From assembly GCA_044892505.1 (NCBI GenBank), contig CM097882.1, positions 67,704,001 to 67,768,000 of the forward strand: a stretch of 64,000 nt of DNA, in the 5' to 3' direction. Numbering within the stretch: the stretch's first letter is position 1; each line of letters starts with the position of its first letter. Below the pieces are notes generated by a model. The model was not told where the DNA came from, did not search any database, and worked only from the letters and a program-made list of their open reading frames with translations. This DNA is from Schmidtea nova (taxonomy: Eukaryota). This document shows positions 62,001-64,000 of the stretch, in pieces. A program made the position numbers and the translations under genes.

Positions 62001-63572
62001 TGCTAGCAAATTATGTATATAGAGATGGCTCTGTTAAAAATTTATCAGATTTAAAGATTAAACTGGATGCTGCAGTTTTATATTTGAATTCAGAAAAGAT
62101 ACAAGAAGTAAAAAATCTGTTTGGTTCTATGAGACGAAGATTAAGTGAGGTCATATGGAGAAGAGAAAGACTTTCATATTAGAATATTAAACAAAATTTC
62201 ACAGGTGTCTACTTTTTTATGAACATGTCTTTTATAATATTTACCATACATTACATAATTTCAATTTGATGTACAAATAAATATTACAAATAAATATTAA
62301 AATTAAGGGTATCTATTTTATTTTGTACATGNNNNNNNNNNNNNNNNNNNNNNNNNNNNNNNNNNNNNNNNNNNNNNNNNNNNNNNNNNNNNNNNNNNNN
62401 NNNNNNNNNNNNNNNNNNNNNNNNNNNNNNNNNNNNNNNNNNNNNNNNNNNNNNNNNNNNNNNNNNNNNNNNNNNNNNNNNNNNNNNNNNNNNNNNNNNN
62501 NNNNNNNNNNNNNNNNNNNNNNNNNNNNNNNNNNNNNNNNNNNNNNNNNNNNNNNNAATAGTGATAATTATTAATGATGTCAATAATTAATAATAATTAC
62601 GTTAATAAAAATCTGTTACAATCCATGTTTTGTTATAAAATATTCAATGATGGGTGGGTGGGTGGAAATATAGAAGAGTCGAATTTGTTTGGTCTCCAAT
62701 CTTTGATATCTTAAATAGAGAAAGTGTAATATAACCAGGTTGTAAAACTTTAAAAATGTAAGTTGCGTTTTATTTTATACAGATGAGTGAGTGTATATAC
62801 TTTGTTTTTAAGGAAAACAATATCTGGTAGTAAAGCGAGAAAGACAGCTATCACGAAAAGGCATTTGATGTTTGGTATTTGTAGGATGACTATAAAATAA
62901 TTCCCATTGATAATTGTATTATAGTTATGTATGCTGAACTGGTATGACTAAATATTACGCATTATATGTCAAAGATGTGATATTGTATAATGTATGCATG
63001 TTTGTATATTGCTCAAATTATTTACTATATATTTATTTCCTCCTGAGATTAACTCCTCTTTTTCATATGTCTTCTCTTCTTATTATGTCTAACAGTATTT
63101 CTTATATTGCGATTTTCAAGGTGTTGAAATCATGAAAGCATAATAGATGTGGAAGTTGATTCTATATTGCAGATAATAGTCCTAATTTATTGAACGTAAT
63201 ATGATTTAAGATTGAGAAGCGTAGATTGATTGTTAATTCTTTTAAAAGGCGTAAAGAATTAAAGTATTATATGAAATAGAAAATTTATAATTAATATAAT
63301 TTGAATATTTTTTTAATCTTATTGTAGAAACAATTTGTGAATGAATATATTGGGGAGGTTATTACAACGGAAGAATCAGAGAAACGAATATTATGGGCTA
63401 ATGAAAACAACATAACAGATTTTTATTTTATGGAACTTGATAATGGTAGATTAATTGATGCTCGACACTTTTCCAACCTTTCACGATTTATCAATAATTC
63501 ATGCGATCCAAATCTAATTGCTGAGAAATGGATAGTTAATCGTGAACATCGCATTGGTTTGTTTGCTTTGAG
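34894..63572 (+). CDS. NSD: NSD-family histone-lysine N-methyltransferase gene, 11 exons in window, 3' end outside
   Basis: In-frame GT-AG splicing gives 2231 nt with domain order PWWP-PHD1-PHD2-PHD3-PHD4-PWWP-AWS-SET, the order characteristic of NSD1/2/3. Confidence 0.92.
35113..35249 (+). CDS. NSD: NSD exon 2 (PWWP1)
   Basis: Follows a 44-nt intron; NNPRVLVSYFGKQNHYSYL. Confidence 0.8.
35490..35700 (+). pseudogene. Merlin/IS1595-like transposase C-terminal remnant
   Basis: GTMYQHLKSHLAEFIWR resembles the L.SYL.EF.WR motif. Confidence 0.45.
35790..36612 (-). pseudogene. HSP70: Intronless HSP70 pseudogene fragment in NSD intron 2
   Basis: ALYDAKLNK..., SNKSIN, VQDILLLDV..SL.LETAGVVMT, FTTYSDNQP, RGFPQI..FNID, NKITITN, KISESDRK; many stops and frameshifts. 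Confidence 0.9.
36751..36874 (+). CDS. NSD: NSD exon 3 (PWWP1 C-terminal helix)
   Basis: EKLDLAWKEAESASLLDDNIRF; GTAAGT donor. Acceptor inferred from phase. Confidence 0.65.
37030..37520 (-). pseudogene. Possible piggyBac transposase remnant
   Basis: YVIILLMNTIHND resembles V.LLST.HND; heavily degraded. Confidence 0.35.
39512..39600 (+). CDS. NSD: NSD exon 4 (basic linker)
   Basis: NNNRSKRRNRVPKPNKEK; phase-consistent, followed by a 45-nt intron. Confidence 0.65.
39646..39885 (+). CDS. NSD: NSD exon 5 (PHD1, start of PHD2)
   Basis: CRYC...CNKC...FHVKC...CLEC...CYAC. Confidence 0.8.
39937..40212 (+). CDS. NSD: NSD exon 6 (PHD2-PHD3)
   Basis: KCIIKTCNKWYHTEC...CPCHICHKC...CIMCPATFHTGDWCIPAGS. 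Confidence 0.9.
41879..44979 (+). mobile_element. hAT DNA transposon (3101 bp)
   Basis: TIRs TAGTGGTGAGCCGATT / AATCGGCCCACCCCTA, 8-bp TSD ATTAAAAT (41871-41878 and 44980-44987), subterminal AATCGG repeats. Confidence 0.95.
42668..44563 (+). pseudogene. hAT transposase (BED finger, DDE, dimerization domain), inactivated
   Basis: SKIWEYF...CLIC...TSGLINHLRSKH; FTSDAW; VRGNG (second catalytic D replaced by G); TRWNS; SERTFS. Frameshift ~42920, stop at 43104, frameshift ~44420. Confidence 0.92.
46383..46614. mobile_element. piggyBac-type MITE
   Basis: TTAA|CCCTTTCCTATC...GATAGGAAAGGT|TTAA. Confidence 0.85.
47631..47912 (+). CDS. NSD: NSD exon 7 (end of PHD3, PHD4)
   Basis: IICPRH...[28 protein letters not shown]. 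Confidence 0.9.
48400..49750 (-). pseudogene. Possible decayed retroelement ORF1/gag with an N-terminal PHD-like finger
   Basis: ALCGLCEAAIKCGD... near 49700, followed by a charged coiled-coil-like region; many stops. Confidence 0.3.
50914..51159 (+). CDS. NSD: NSD exon 8 (PWWP2)
   Basis: FYCPDC...YGEIVWIKCGSYPWWPGQI...QFVVQFFGSRDYMW. Confidence 0.92.
51700..52330 (-). pseudogene. LTR-retrotransposon gag remnant
   Basis: CCHC knuckle QCYNCERKGHFSKCC at ~52122-52167; PBS-like TGTCAGAAACGGGA at ~52294-52307. Confidence 0.5.
53840..54746. mobile_element. Foldback-like element made of inverted 29-bp tandem arrays
   Basis: AGCACTTTTTTTGAAATAATAAAAAATAT arrays at ~53900-54120 and their reverse complement at ~54450-54710, around a ~240-bp spacer. 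Confidence 0.75.
54760..55575 (-). mobile_element. LTR-like segment sharing its 5' end with the gypsy LTR
   Basis: - strand from 55575 reads TGTAGTGCCTTAGATTAAAAATTTC...AATTAATTAATT, compared with the LTR TGTAGTGCCTTAGATTAAATTTTC. The far boundary is uncertain. Confidence 0.5.
54943..55446 (-). CDS. 167-aa N/S-rich hypothetical ORF inside the LTR-like segment
   Basis: ATG-initiated, ~130 bp inside the LTR-like terminus; no domain recognised. Confidence 0.4.
   Translation of the reverse strand: MAQQELTIFNSKSKKKSNEILSSPNVVTNPRSVEIPSEKKLSESNTYKLSDRVNNNHQSLNTTILSSSSQLCTPIGIANSHLFNQFQNNAQHFSFLNIPNESSIFSSCNMSQCETNKELNQKPSNTKHNMCNVQTIQNSSTINKNQRTRLSKMPSMLMLNICYVYST
56025..56174 (+). CDS. NSD: NSD exon 9 (post-PWWP2 helix)
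   Basis: FHEGIKEAAIGY...IYNKIQ; phase 0 at both ends. Confidence 0.75.
56400..56515. mobile_element. ~115-bp hairpin MITE
   Basis: TGGCTACGGTATAAA / TTTACACCATAGCCA plus inner TTTTGAAGGGGAAAAA / TTTTTCCCCTCCAAAA. Confidence 0.6.
58062..58328 (+). CDS. NSD: NSD exon 10 (AWS plus start of SET)
   Basis: CNC...C...CFN...ECDPQIC...CKNQNF...RGWGLKT. Confidence 0.92.
58737..58985. repeat. 36-bp tandem repeat, ~7 copies
   Basis: Unit GAAGAGTTCATTTGAATCATTGCGAAAGCGACATCT; gives 12-aa repeats in three ORFs. Confidence 0.92.
59498..59663. mobile_element. MITE-like inverted repeat
   Basis: ATATTTCATTTATTAGTGTTGTTTGGTAATTGTGATAATTTA and its near reverse complement ending at 59663. Confidence 0.6.
60250..60870 (-). 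mobile_element. Penelope-like element remnant (RT thumb plus GIY-YIG endonuclease)
   Basis: TDLYSKSLHSD...HVP, FLQNGYHEEF, YLRFPFL, TYIGETQ..CT*LNEH, LREST. Confidence 0.7.
61210..62231 (+). mobile_element. Tc1/mariner DD34E transposon, frameshifted
   Basis: TA|CACTCATGCACAAAATAAAGTAGACA and a degenerate right TIR TGTCTACTTTTTTATGAACATG. ORFs 61279-61863 and 61820-62182 contain FTDEKRF, YDNCPYH and WPTYSPDLNLIE (34 residues between D and E). Confidence 0.9.
63328..63572 (+). CDS. NSD: NSD exon 11 (SET core)
   Basis: FVNEYIGEVI...FYFMELD...IDA...SRFINNSCDPN...RIGLFAL. Confidence 0.93.
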
Positions 63573-64000
63573 GTAGGTAATTGCTTTGAATAGGAGATTC
63601 AATGTTCCAATCCTCGCAAATATATAACATGCCCTATTTTGAGAGTAAATCGACTTGAGGATAGATTAATGAGCCTGATCCTGTTTTACACTAATCTCTT
63701 TTTCGTACAAGGTATTCCATTTTTCCTACACTAAAAATTGTTCTTTCTTATCACATTTTAATAATGAATCTTAAGTAGAAATTTGATTTACATAATTTCT
63801 ATTGGTTCTCAATAAGTTTCATTGGGTTTACCAGAATTCTTATTGTTGGTAGGATTAAGATCTCTATCCTTGAAATATCTATTAACCACTTTCTCTGGCT
63901 TCCTGTGTAATCCTCATATGCATTAGAAATCTTTTTTACTTAATCGTATAATATATATTTTCATTTTCAAATCATCATAATCATAACTTTACATAAATAT

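Overview
Very AT-rich eukaryotic (probably animal) scaffold with eight N gaps; the species cannot be determined from the sequence. One clear host gene is present: an NSD-family histone methyltransferase (PWWP-PHD x4-PWWP-AWS-SET) on the + strand. Eleven exons can be read in frame from 34894 to 63572, and the gene continues past the window. Its large introns hold TE debris: hAT nested in piggyBac, Tc1 DD34E, Penelope, Merlin, gag remnants, MITEs and an HSP70 pseudogene. The first 30 kb is nested mobile DNA: a ~9-kb interrupted palindrome with an IAP-type RING ORF, two outward-facing Polinton/Maverick-like termini, a full-length CsRn1-type Ty3/gypsy element (16428-22199, ATGGT TSD), a pogo-type TIR element and A/C-rich minisatellites. 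The most notable pattern is repeated capture of host-gene pieces by mobile DNA: a nuclear-receptor zinc finger in both gypsy LTRs, a USP7 MATH fragment in one of two related pogo-type copies that carry different cargo, and an L-type lectin fragment in a mosaic ORF. All family assignments come from motif recognition by eye; no database searches were run.
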